Shown here: in pieces, positions 45,506-54,658 of the stretch
Position numbering within the stretch: position 1 is the first letter of the stretch
Layout of the letters: each line of letters opens with the position of its first letter
Assembly: GCA_965602395.1 (NCBI GenBank)
Contig: CBFCYW010000005.1
Coordinates: 5,486 to 69,485, forward strand
Source of the DNA: an uncultured Chromatiales bacterium
Lineage (GTDB): Bacteria; Pseudomonadota; Gammaproteobacteria; CBFCYW01
Length of the DNA stretch: 64,000 nucleotides
Direction of reading: 5' to 3'
Translations under genes and position numbers: made by a program
The notes under the pieces: generated by a model
Told to the model about the DNA's origin: nothing
The model's database searches: none
Seen by the model: only the letters and a program-made list of their open reading frames with translations

Positions 45506-48500
45506 TCAGTCGCCGTGGCGCAGTGGGCAGCCCGCTGCGTCGGCGTCTGCGTCGGCGTCTGTGTCGGCGTCGGCGCAGGGCGGCGGCCCGGACTGCTCCG
45601 GCTGCGGGCCGCGACGCGGCAGGCAGAAGGTGAATGCCGCGCCGCCGCCATCGCGGTTGACCGCGCCGATGCCGCCGCCGTGCAGGTGCACGATTTTGCG
45701 GCAGATGGCCAGCCCCAGACCGGTGCCGCCGGCGCCGGTGCGGGTATTGCTGGATTGCACAAATTCGTCGAAGACCAGATCCAGCTCACCGCTCGGGATG
45801 CCCGGCCCGCGGTCGCGAACGCTGCAGGCCAGGTTGTCCTGCCCCGCTTGGCCACTGTCATCGGCGGCCGCACCGCACTCCTCCAGCAGGACATCGATAG
45901 CGCCGCCATCGGGGGAGAATTTCACTGCGTTGGAGAGCAGATTGCGCACTACCTGCTGGATGCGAATGCCGTCGCAGCGCAGTTGTGCGTCGCGCAGCCG
46001 ATTGTGGCAGTGGATCTGGATATCGCGCCGGCTGAGTAGCGCGGAGAATTCCTCCAGCACCGTCTGCACCAGGTTGCGGAAATTCTCCTCGGCAAAGTCC
46101 ATGTGCATCTGCTCGGCCTCCAGCTTGGAGAGATCGAGCAGGTCGTTGAGCAGTGCCAGCAGGCGTTCGCCGCTTTCGCCGATGCGGCGGAAATAGTGGC
46201 CGAGCTTGTCGCGCTCGGCCCGCGCTGCACGCTTGTCGCCCATGCCGGCGAAGCTGAGGATGGCGTGCATCGGCGTGCGCAGCTCGTGGGATATGTTGGC
46301 GAGAAATTCGCTCTTGAGTTGATTGGCGCGCTCGGCCTCTTCCTTGGCGCGCAGCAGGTCGGCGCTGCGCGCGTCGACCAGTTGTTGCAGATTGTCGCGA
46401 TGCTCGCGCAGCTCATCCTCGGCGTTTTTTTGCGCGCTGATGTCGGTGCGGATGCCGACCACGCCGCCCTCGCGGGTGGCGGTTTCGCGCACCCAGATCC
46501 AGCGGCCGTCGGCGAGGCGTATCTCCTGGCTGAAATCGGCGGTGCGGTGTCCGCTCAGGCGCTGGGCGACGAAGCGTTCGCTCTCGGCTTCATCGGCGAA
46601 ATAGCCGTAGCCCTGCGGGTGGTTGACGGCGTAGCGCACCAGCTCTTCGAAGGGCATGCCGCGGTAGTAGTTGAAGCCTGTGGGATTGAAGATGTCCTTC
46701 TGGGCCCGATTCCAGATCACCAGCCGGTCGTCGGCGTCGTAGAGCATGAAGCCGCCGGGCATGCTTTCGATGGCCTCGTGCAGGCGCTGCTGGGCCAGTT
46801 CCAGCTCGGCTTCGAGCTGCTTGCGCTCGGTGATGTCCTGCATGTAGCCGGTGGATAGCGTGCTGCCATCGGCCTGGCGCGCGGGTACGCCGGTCGCTTC
46901 GATCCAGCTCCAGCCGCCGTCTTTGCGGCGCATGCGGATCTGCTCGTGGAAGGGCGTCAGCTCGCGGCTGCTGCACTCGGTGCTGGCCCGCACGCGTGAC
47001 ACATCGTCGGGGTGCACGGCGTCGAAGAGCTGATTCGGGTACTGCTGCAACACTTCCACGGGGTAGCCGAGCAGGCGTTCGGCGCCGCGGCTGAGGTAGG
47101 GCAGCTGCGGGTTGCCGGCGGTGTCGATGTGGAGCTGGTAGATGCCGCCCGGCACTTGCTCGGTGATGTCGCGCAGGCGCGCTTCGATGCGCTCGGCACG
47201 CTTTTCTTCGGTGATGTCGCGCATCAGCCCGGCGATCGCCGTGGTGCGCTCGCGGCCTGCGGCATCGCCGCTGCGTTCGGCCTTAAAGTGGATGAACAGG
47301 TGGCGCTGCTCGCCGTGGCGCAGGATGCGCACTTGCAGGGTCTGCTCGCAGCCGCTTTTCAGGCAGTCGCGCGCCGAGCTGCGCACGCGCGGCTGATCGT
47401 CGGGGTGGAAGAGCGCCGCGGCCTGCGCATTCGCGCACCGCTCGACCGGCGGCAGGCCGAGAATCCGGCAGGATTCCGGCGAGACGCTGAAGGAGTCGTC
47501 GCCCACCTCCCAGCGCCAGCTGCCGACGCTGGACAGTGCCTCGGCGCGTTCCAGCATCTGCTTTTGGCGCGCCAGCATCTGGCTGGCACGGCGCGCTTCG
47601 GTGACGTCGGTCAGCATCCCGTAGTAGCCGATCACGCCCTGCCCGGATGCCTCGTGGGGGATGTAGTCGATGTGCAGGATGCGCCACTCACCGCGCACCT
47701 GCGTGGGCGCGTCGAAGGACTGCGGCTGGCCGTCGAGCACGCCGCGGATATGCTCTGCCAGCATGGCGTAGCGCTCGGCGCTGGTGCAGGTGGCGACGTG
47801 CTTGCCGATCGGCAGGCCGCAGTCGGGGAACCAGTGCATCCAGGTGTTGTTGACCTGGCGGAAGACCTCCTCGCGGTCGACGTAGATGATCGCCGCCGGC
47901 ACGCTGTCCATCATCAGCTGCATCTGCTGCTCGGCCCGCTTGCGCGCGCTGATATCCTCGCAGGCGCCGCGGCAGCCGAGGTATTGGCCGCTGGCATCGA
48001 AGCGCGGGGTGCCGGTGATGCGCTCCCAGATCACCTCGCCCGACTGGCAGCGGATGCGCCGTTCTATGCTGAACGGGCGGTGCGCCTCGACCGCGGCGGC
48101 GATCTCCGCCCGCACCTGCTCGCGGTCGTCATCGACGATGTAGTCGTAGGGTGACTGGCCGAGCATCTGTGCCGCGGTGTAGCCGCGCACCAGCTGGCAG
48201 CGTTCGCTGACGAAGGTGAAGCGGGCTTGTGGGTCGGTTTCCCAGAGAAATTCGTTGACCGATTCGCTGACGTGGCGCAGGCGCTCCTCGCTTTCGCGCA
48301 GCGAGGCTTCGGCGCGGCGCCGGCTGCGTTCGCGTTCGCGCTCGCGCTGCTTCAGGTCGCTGGTGGTGCGCCGCAGCTGCAGGTGGGCGAACAGCGCGTA
48401 GCCGCCGAATGCGGCGCAGAGCAGATAGGCGAGGGTGTTGAGCCGCCGGCTGTGCTGGCGGGTTTCGGCGCGCAGGCGATCGAGCTGGGCTTTGGCGGCG

Positions 48501-48997
48501 GCGATGCTCTGTAGCAGCGGGGCGCTGTTTGCGCGCGGCCGCTGACCGATCCCGGCCCGCAGCCGGTCGACATTCGCCTGCAGTGTCTGCAGCGCTTGCT
48601 GTGCGGCCGGGTCGAGTTGCAGGTCGCTGGCTGCGGCGCGCAATTCGGCGCGGCTTTTGTCGAGCGCGGAGCGGGTGGCATCGAGCGTGGCGCTGCCGTC
48701 GGGTGGGCTGGCGTGCTGCGCGCTCGCCGCCGCGCTCCAGCGCGCGATGTCCACTTCGAGCGCGTGTACCGCCTGCTGCAGGCGATGCAGCCGGGATTCC
48801 GGCGGGCTGGCGGCGCTGAGATAGACGTAGGCCGCGAGAGCCAGCGCTGCCAGCGGCAACGGCCAGCACAATTTGGCGAGCTTTTCCAGCTCGGGACTCC
48901 CCGGGCCGCGCGACCCCGTATGACGACTGTTCTGACTGTAGCGCATGCGGCGGCAAGTCCAAGCGACATGGCCATCGCGGTGTGTGCGGTGCAGCAA
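45506..48997 (-). CDS. Multi-PAS sensor histidine kinase (TM anchor, coiled coil, four or more PAS/PAC domains, HisKA, HATPase)
   Basis: 1163 aa. H-box SHELRTPMHAI; N/G1/G2 boxes NLLSNAVKFS, DRGPGIP and GTGLGLAI. The C-terminal (AD)n tail is encoded by a GTCGGCGTCTGC-type repeat at about 45540-45590. Confidence 0.8.
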   Translation of the reverse strand: MLHRTHRDGHVAWTCRRMRYSQNSRHTGSRGPGSPELEKLAKLCWPLPLAALALAAYVYLSAASPPESRLHRLQQAVHALEVDIARWSAAASAQHASPPDGSATLDATRSALDKSRAELRAAASDLQLDPAAQQALQTLQANVDRLRAGIGQRPRANSAPLLQSIAAAKAQLDRLRAETRQHSRRLNTLAYLLCAAFGGYALFAHLQLRRTTSDLKQRERERERSRRRAEASLRESEERLRHVSESVNEFLWETDPQARFTFVSERCQLVRGYTAAQMLGQSPYDYIVDDDREQVRAEIAAAVEAHRPFSIERRIRCQSGEVIWERITGTPRFDASGQYLGCRGACEDISARKRAEQQMQLMMDSVPAAIIYVDREEVFRQVNNTWMHWFPDCGLPIGKHVATCTSAERYAMLAEHIRGVLDGQPQSFDAPTQVRGEWRILHIDYIPHEASGQGVIGYYGMLTDVTEARRASQMLARQKQMLERAEALSSVGSWRWEVGDDSFSVSPESCRILGLPPVERCANAQAAALFHPDDQPRVRSSARDCLKSGCEQTLQVRILRHGEQRHLFIHFKAERSGDAAGRERTTAIAGLMRDITEEKRAERIEARLRDITEQVPGGIYQLHIDTAGNPQLPYLSRGAERLLGYPVEVLQQYPNQLFDAVHPDDVSRVRASTECSSRELTPFHEQIRMRRKDGGWSWIEATGVPARQADGSTLSTGYMQDITERKQLEAELELAQQRLHEAIESMPGGFMLYDADDRLVIWNRAQKDIFNPTGFNYYRGMPFEELVRYAVNHPQGYGYFADEAESERFVAQRLSGHRTADFSQEIRLADGRWIWVRETATREGGVVGIRTDISAQKNAEDELREHRDNLQQLVDARSADLLRAKEEAERANQLKSEFLANISHELRTPMHAILSFAGMGDKRAARAERDKLGHYFRRIGESGERLLALLNDLLDLSKLEAEQMHMDFAEENFRNLVQTVLEEFSALLSRRDIQIHCHNRLRDAQLRCDGIRIQQVVRNLLSNAVKFSPDGGAIDVLLEECGAAADDSGQAGQDNLACSVRDRGPGIPSGELDLVFDEFVQSSNTRTGAGGTGLGLAICRKIVHLHGGGIGAVNRDGGGAAFTFCLPRRGPQPEQSGPPPCADADTDADADADAAGCPLRHGD

Positions 48998-49062
48998 TGA
49001 TGGCGCGGTGGAGGCATTGCGTTTGGATCGCTTTGATCCGCCGCAGATCGGCGCAGAAGCGT

Positions 49063-49096
49063 CGTGCTATCGATAGCACGCAACTCGCACTATAAT
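49063..49096 (+). promoter_or_regulatory. gltA promoter region: perfect 16-bp palindrome GTGCTATCGATAGCAC (49063-49078) abutting a TATAAT -10 hexamer (49091-49096)
   Basis: Read from the sequence. The -10 hexamer is 80 nt upstream of the gltA ATG. The palindrome occupies the -35 position. Confidence 0.45.
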
Positions 49097-49176
49097 GTGC
49101 AGCCGCAGCATAGAAGACAGGCACGTTTCAGATGCGCGCTTCCACCTAAAAATCAGCACAGAGCGAGGAGGGATCA

Positions 49177-50469
<1,293 letters not shown>

Positions 50470-50677
50470 CAGCCTCGGCGGCGGTCGGCGACGGCCGCCG
50501 CAGCGCGTCGCCGACCGGCGGCCGCTTGCTGTTCTGCGCACACAGACAGGGCGCCACCCCCATCTTCGCCGTGCCAGGCGGGGCGGGCTGGCGCGCAAAA
50601 CCTTTTTGCGGCAAATCCGGCCAGGCACCGGCTCAGCCGGGTGGATTTGCGATGAGCGGGCGCGCCCAGGCTCGCGT

Positions 50678-51505
50678 TCAGGCGGCGGGATCCGCGCCGA
50701 GCCGCCGCAATGCGGTTTCGATCAGCTCTGTCAGCCGGGCGCATTGTTCGTCGTTCAGAGCATCCGCGTGCGGATCGGCGAACTGGCCGGCATCGTTGTC
50801 GAAATAGCGACCGGAGGCGGCGGCGAATTCATCGGACAGCGCCGCGCGGACGATGATTTCGGCGCCGATGCCGACATCTTTGCCATCGATGCCGAAGCCC
50901 TCGCGCACCATTTTGGTGGCCAGCAGCGAGCCGGGGTTGACCGCCACCACCGCCGGCCCGGCATCGCCCAGCGACTGCGCCAGATCTCGCGACCACATGG
51001 TGATCGCCAGCTTGCTCTGGGCGTAGACGTCGATGTCCTCGGCGAGGTGTATCTCGCCGAGCAGCACTTTCGGGTCCACCGGTGACTGCGCCGCGGACGA
51101 CAGGTTGATGATCCGCCCGTCGGCAGCGAGCAGCGGCAGCAGGCGCCGGCTCAGCAGATAGGGTGCGAAGGTGTTGACCACGAAACGCAGATCGAAACCA
51201 TCGGCGCTGATCGGCGTCGCCGTCTTCAGCACCCCGGCGTTGTTGATCAGCACATCGAGCCGGTCGTGCTCGGCCGCCAGCGCAGCGGCCAGCGCTTCGA
51301 CCTCAGCCAGATCGCCCAGATCCGCGCGGTAGCTCTGCACGCTGCCAGCGCCTTCGCACAGCGCCGCCAGCGCCTGCTCCGTCGCCGCCAGCCTGGTGGC
51401 GCTGCGGCCGTGGATCAGCAACTTGTGGCCTCGGCCGACCAGTGACCTGGCGGCGGCGAGGCCGATGCCATCGGTGGCGCCGGTGAGGAGAATGGTTTTT
51501 GGCAT
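50678..51505 (-). CDS. SDR family NAD(P)-dependent oxidoreductase
   Basis: TGATDGIG cofactor motif, NNAG and YAQSK catalytic motifs. ATG at 51505 (the ORF as listed begins at a TTG at 51511). Confidence 0.75.
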   Translation of the reverse strand: MPKTILLTGATDGIGLAAARSLVGRGHKLLIHGRSATRLAATEQALAALCEGAGSVQSYRADLGDLAEVEALAAALAAEHDRLDVLINNAGVLKTATPISADGFDLRFVVNTFAPYLLSRRLLPLLAADGRIINLSSAAQSPVDPKVLLGEIHLAEDIDVYAQSKLAITMWSRDLAQSLGDAGPAVVAVNPGSLLATKMVREGFGIDGKDVGIGAEIIVRAALSDEFAAASGRYFDNDAGQFADPHADALNDEQCARLTELIETALRRLGADPAA

Positions 51506-51517
51506 CGGCAAGCTCCG

Positions 51518-54274
51518 TCAGTCGGCCGGCTGCGGGCCGGAAAATTCGGGTGGTGGTTGCAGCGGCAGTTCGACCACGAAGCGCGCGCCGCCATTGCTCG
51601 GCGCCTGCACGCCGATACCGCCGCCGTGGTGTTCGACGATGGCGCGGCAGATAGTCAGGCCGAGGCCGCTGCCCTGCGGCTTGCCGTGCTGCTGGTTGGC
51701 CACCTGCTGGAATTTGGCGAAAATCTTTTCGCGCAGTTCGGCGGGGATGCCCGGGCCGTTGTCGGTCACCGCGATCTGTATGCCGTCGCCGCGCCGCTTC
51801 AGCGATAGCGAGACCTCGCCGCGCTGCTCGTCGCAGAACTTGGCGGCGTTGGAGAGCAGGTTGATGAGCAGCTGGATGATGCGGTCGGCATCCACCCATG
51901 CCGGCAGCGGCCGCGCCGGCAGATCGAGCCGCAGGTCGATGCCGCGCTCGCGGTAGAGCTGGCCGACGGCGGCCGCGGCGTCGCCGAGCAGGGCGCCGAG
52001 ATCGTGCTCTTCGATGCGCCAGTCCATGCCGCCGGATTCGATCTTGGCCAGGTCGAGCACGTCGTTGATCAGCCGCGTCAGGCGCTCGCTCTCCTTGACC
52101 ACGATGCGCAGAAATTCGCTGCGTTGCCCGGCGTCCAGATCCGGGTTGTCGAGCAGGATTTCGGAGAACGAGCGGATCGAGGTCAGCGGCGTGCGCAGCT
52201 CGTGGCTGACGGTGGAGACGAATTCATCCTTCAGCCGATCCAGCTCTTTGAGGCGCTCGTTGGCGGCGCGCAGATCGGCGGTGGCGGCCTGCAGCTGGCG
52301 CGATTTGCTCTCCAGTCGGCGGCTGTATTCGAGCACCTGCGAGGTCTCGTCGAGGATTTCCATCACCCCCTCGATGGACAGTGCCTCGCCGCGCACCACG
52401 CTGGTCACCATGACGTGCGCCGAGGCGGTGCCGATCGCCCCGGCGAGCAGCTGCTCGGTGAACTGGATCAGCGCCGGGTCGGCGTGCAGATCCTCCACCG
52501 CCAGGCCGTGGCGGGCGGCGTAACCGGCCAGCGCGCGGTCGCTGCGGCGCTCGCCGAGAAAGCGCACCGCCAGCGCGCGCAGCTCGGCGACGCTGGCATC
52601 GCCGCGCAGGCCCAGACCGGACTGGCCGGCGCGCTGCGGGTCGCAGAACAACGCCGCCTGGACGCGCTCCATGGCGCCGCGCTGGCTGAACAGCGAGACC
52701 CCGACCAGCAGGCCGATATTGCTCAGCAGGCTCCAGAACACCGCGTGGCTGACGCGATCGAAGCCCTCCAGCCCGAACAGCGCGTAGGGCTTGAGCAGGG
52801 CGATGCCGAAGGGCCCTTCGCTGACGAAGCTCTCGGCCAGCCAGCCGCTCTGCGCGAAACCCGGCAGCAGCAGGGTGTAGCTCCACACCGCGAAGCCACC
52901 GAGCAGCCCGGCGATGGCCCCGGCGCGGCTGGCACCGCGCCAGTACAGGCCGACCAGAATCGGCGGCGCGAACTGCGCCGCGGCGGCGAAGGACACCAGC
53001 CCGGTGGTCACCAGGGCGAAGGATTCGCCGATCAGGTGGTAGTAGAGATAGCCGAGCAGCAGCACGGCGAGGATCGTCCAGCGGCGGATGGCGAGGATCA
53101 GCGGGCCGAGCTGGCGGTCGCCGAGTCGCGATATGTTGCCGCGCAGCAGCAGCGGCATCAGCAGGTCATTGCTGACCATCGTCGCCAGGGTGATGGTGGC
53201 GACGATGACCATCCCGGTGGCCGCCGACAGGCCGCCGATGAACACCAGCATCGCCAGCCACTCGTGCTGCATCAGCATGGGGATGGTCAGCACGTAGGTG
53301 TCCGGATCGATGGCCGCGCCACGCTGCGAAAACAGCAGCGCGCCGCCGAGCGCGATCGGCAGCACGAACAGGTTGATCACCAGCAGATACAGCGGGAACA
53401 GCCAGGCCGCGGTGCGGATGTGCTCCTCGTTGACGTTCTCCACCACCGCGACCTGAAACTGGCGCGGCAGAAACATGCTCGCCAGCATCGCCAGCAGGGT
53501 CAGCGTCAACCAGCTGGTGTAGCCGCCGGGAATCGCCTCGAGGCTGAGCAACTCGGCCAGCTGCGGCGACTCGGCGGCGCGCGCGAAGATATCCGCCGGG
53601 CCGTCGTAGAGGCCGAAGGCGACGAAGCCGCCAACCGCTAAAAAGGCCGCCAGCTTGACCAGCGACTCGCAGGCGATCGCCGCCACCATGCCCTCGTGGC
53701 GCTCGGTCAGATCGATGTGCCGGGTGCCGAAGACAATCGTGAACGCGGCCAGCAGCAGCGCCGCGTAGAGGGCGCTGTCCTCCAGCATCGGCACGTTGCT
53801 GGCGGCCGCCGGCACGCGCAGATCCGGATAGCCGCCGAGCACCTGATAGCTGGTGCTGATGGCTTTCAGCTGCAGCGAGATGTACGGCATGATGCCGACC
53901 ACCGCGATCACCGTCACCAGCCCGGCGAGCAGCTGGCTCTTGCCGTAGCGCGAGGCGATGAAATCGGCGATCGAAGTGATTCGCTGCGCCTTGGCGACGC
54001 GCACCATCTTGCGCAGCACCAGCCACCACAGCGCCGCCATCAGCGTCGGCCCCAGGTAGATGGGCAGGAAGCCGAGCCCGGTGGAGGCGGCGCGGCCGAC
54101 GCTGCCGTAGAAGGTCCAGGCGGTGCAGTAGACGGCGATCGACAGCGCGTAGACCCAGGGGTTGGCGATGATCGAGCGACCGCGATCGGCGCGCCGGTCG
54201 GCGTACCAGGCGATGGCGAACAACACCCCGAGGTAGAGCGCCGCGGTGGCGATGATCGCCGCGCCGGAGAGCAT
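51518..54274 (-). CDS. CbrA/CrbS-like sensor histidine kinase with an N-terminal sodium:solute symporter (SLC5/SSF) domain
   Basis: 918 aa. About 13 TM helices in an SSF fold, then H-box VSHELRTPLTSI and HATPase N/G boxes NLLSNAAKF, DNGPGIP and GSGLGLTI. Confidence 0.8.
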   Translation of the reverse strand: MLSGAAIIATAALYLGVLFAIAWYADRRADRGRSIIANPWVYALSIAVYCTAWTFYGSVGRAASTGLGFLPIYLGPTLMAALWWLVLRKMVRVAKAQRITSIADFIASRYGKSQLLAGLVTVIAVVGIMPYISLQLKAISTSYQVLGGYPDLRVPAAASNVPMLEDSALYAALLLAAFTIVFGTRHIDLTERHEGMVAAIACESLVKLAAFLAVGGFVAFGLYDGPADIFARAAESPQLAELLSLEAIPGGYTSWLTLTLLAMLASMFLPRQFQVAVVENVNEEHIRTAAWLFPLYLLVINLFVLPIALGGALLFSQRGAAIDPDTYVLTIPMLMQHEWLAMLVFIGGLSAATGMVIVATITLATMVSNDLLMPLLLRGNISRLGDRQLGPLILAIRRWTILAVLLLGYLYYHLIGESFALVTTGLVSFAAAAQFAPPILVGLYWRGASRAGAIAGLLGGFAVWSYTLLLPGFAQSGWLAESFVSEGPFGIALLKPYALFGLEGFDRVSHAVFWSLLSNIGLLVGVSLFSQRGAMERVQAALFCDPQRAGQSGLGLRGDASVAELRALAVRFLGERRSDRALAGYAARHGLAVEDLHADPALIQFTEQLLAGAIGTASAHVMVTSVVRGEALSIEGVMEILDETSQVLEYSRRLESKSRQLQAATADLRAANERLKELDRLKDEFVSTVSHELRTPLTSIRSFSEILLDNPDLDAGQRSEFLRIVVKESERLTRLINDVLDLAKIESGGMDWRIEEHDLGALLGDAAAAVGQLYRERGIDLRLDLPARPLPAWVDADRIIQLLINLLSNAAKFCDEQRGEVSLSLKRRGDGIQIAVTDNGPGIPAELREKIFAKFQQVANQQHGKPQGSGLGLTICRAIVEHHGGGIGVQAPSNGGARFVVELPLQPPPEFSGPQPAD

Positions 54275-54651
54275 CAGCGGCCGCCCCCGCCCGGCGCATC
54301 GTCGCCGCCATCGCCGTGGCGAACATCGCTGTCGTGCGCGCCAGCGCCGCCGGGCTTGATGCGCGCGTCCGGCAGCGTGCGCTGCGCGCCATCGCCATCG
54401 CCATCGCCATCGCCATCTCGTTCCAGCAGCAGTGCCGCCAGAGCGATCAGCAGCGCCCAGACGCCGAACAGCCAGACCACCGGCAGCGGCAGACCAAACA
54501 GCGCGCCGCGCTCAAACAGCGCCAGCAGCGGGAAGTTGAACAGCAGAAAGCCCAGCGCGGCGAGCGCGATCAGCCGCGGCCCGCGGCGGTTCTCGCCGCG
54601 CGCTTCGGCGGGCTGTGCCGGGTCGCGCCGCTGTCCGCCGTCGCGCGTCAT
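54274..54651 (-). CDS. Small membrane protein translationally coupled to the SSF-kinase (CbrX / DUF3311-like) with a (GD)5 repeat
   Basis: ATG at 54651. Two TM helices (LIALAALGFLLFNFPLLALF, VVWLFGVWALLIALAALLL). Its stop overlaps the kinase start as TGATG. Coding confidence is moderate because of the extreme composition. Confidence 0.5.
   Translation of the reverse strand: MTRDGGQRRDPAQPAEARGENRRGPRLIALAALGFLLFNFPLLALFERGALFGLPLPVVWLFGVWALLIALAALLLERDGDGDGDGDGAQRTLPDARIKPGGAGAHDSDVRHGDGGDDAPGGGGR
54388..54417. repeat. Perfect hexanucleotide microsatellite (GCCATC)5, encoding DGDGDGDGDG on the minus strand
   Basis: Counted directly from the sequence. In frame within the cbrX-like ORF. Confidence 0.9.
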
Positions 54652-54658
54652 CGGCGTT

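Noticed and set aside
50484-50515. 9-bp inverted repeat GTCGGCGAC...GTCGCCGAC after gltA as a terminator
   Set aside because: 14-nt loop and no T-run. It may still be a weak or Rho-dependent stop, but is not supportable as an intrinsic terminator.
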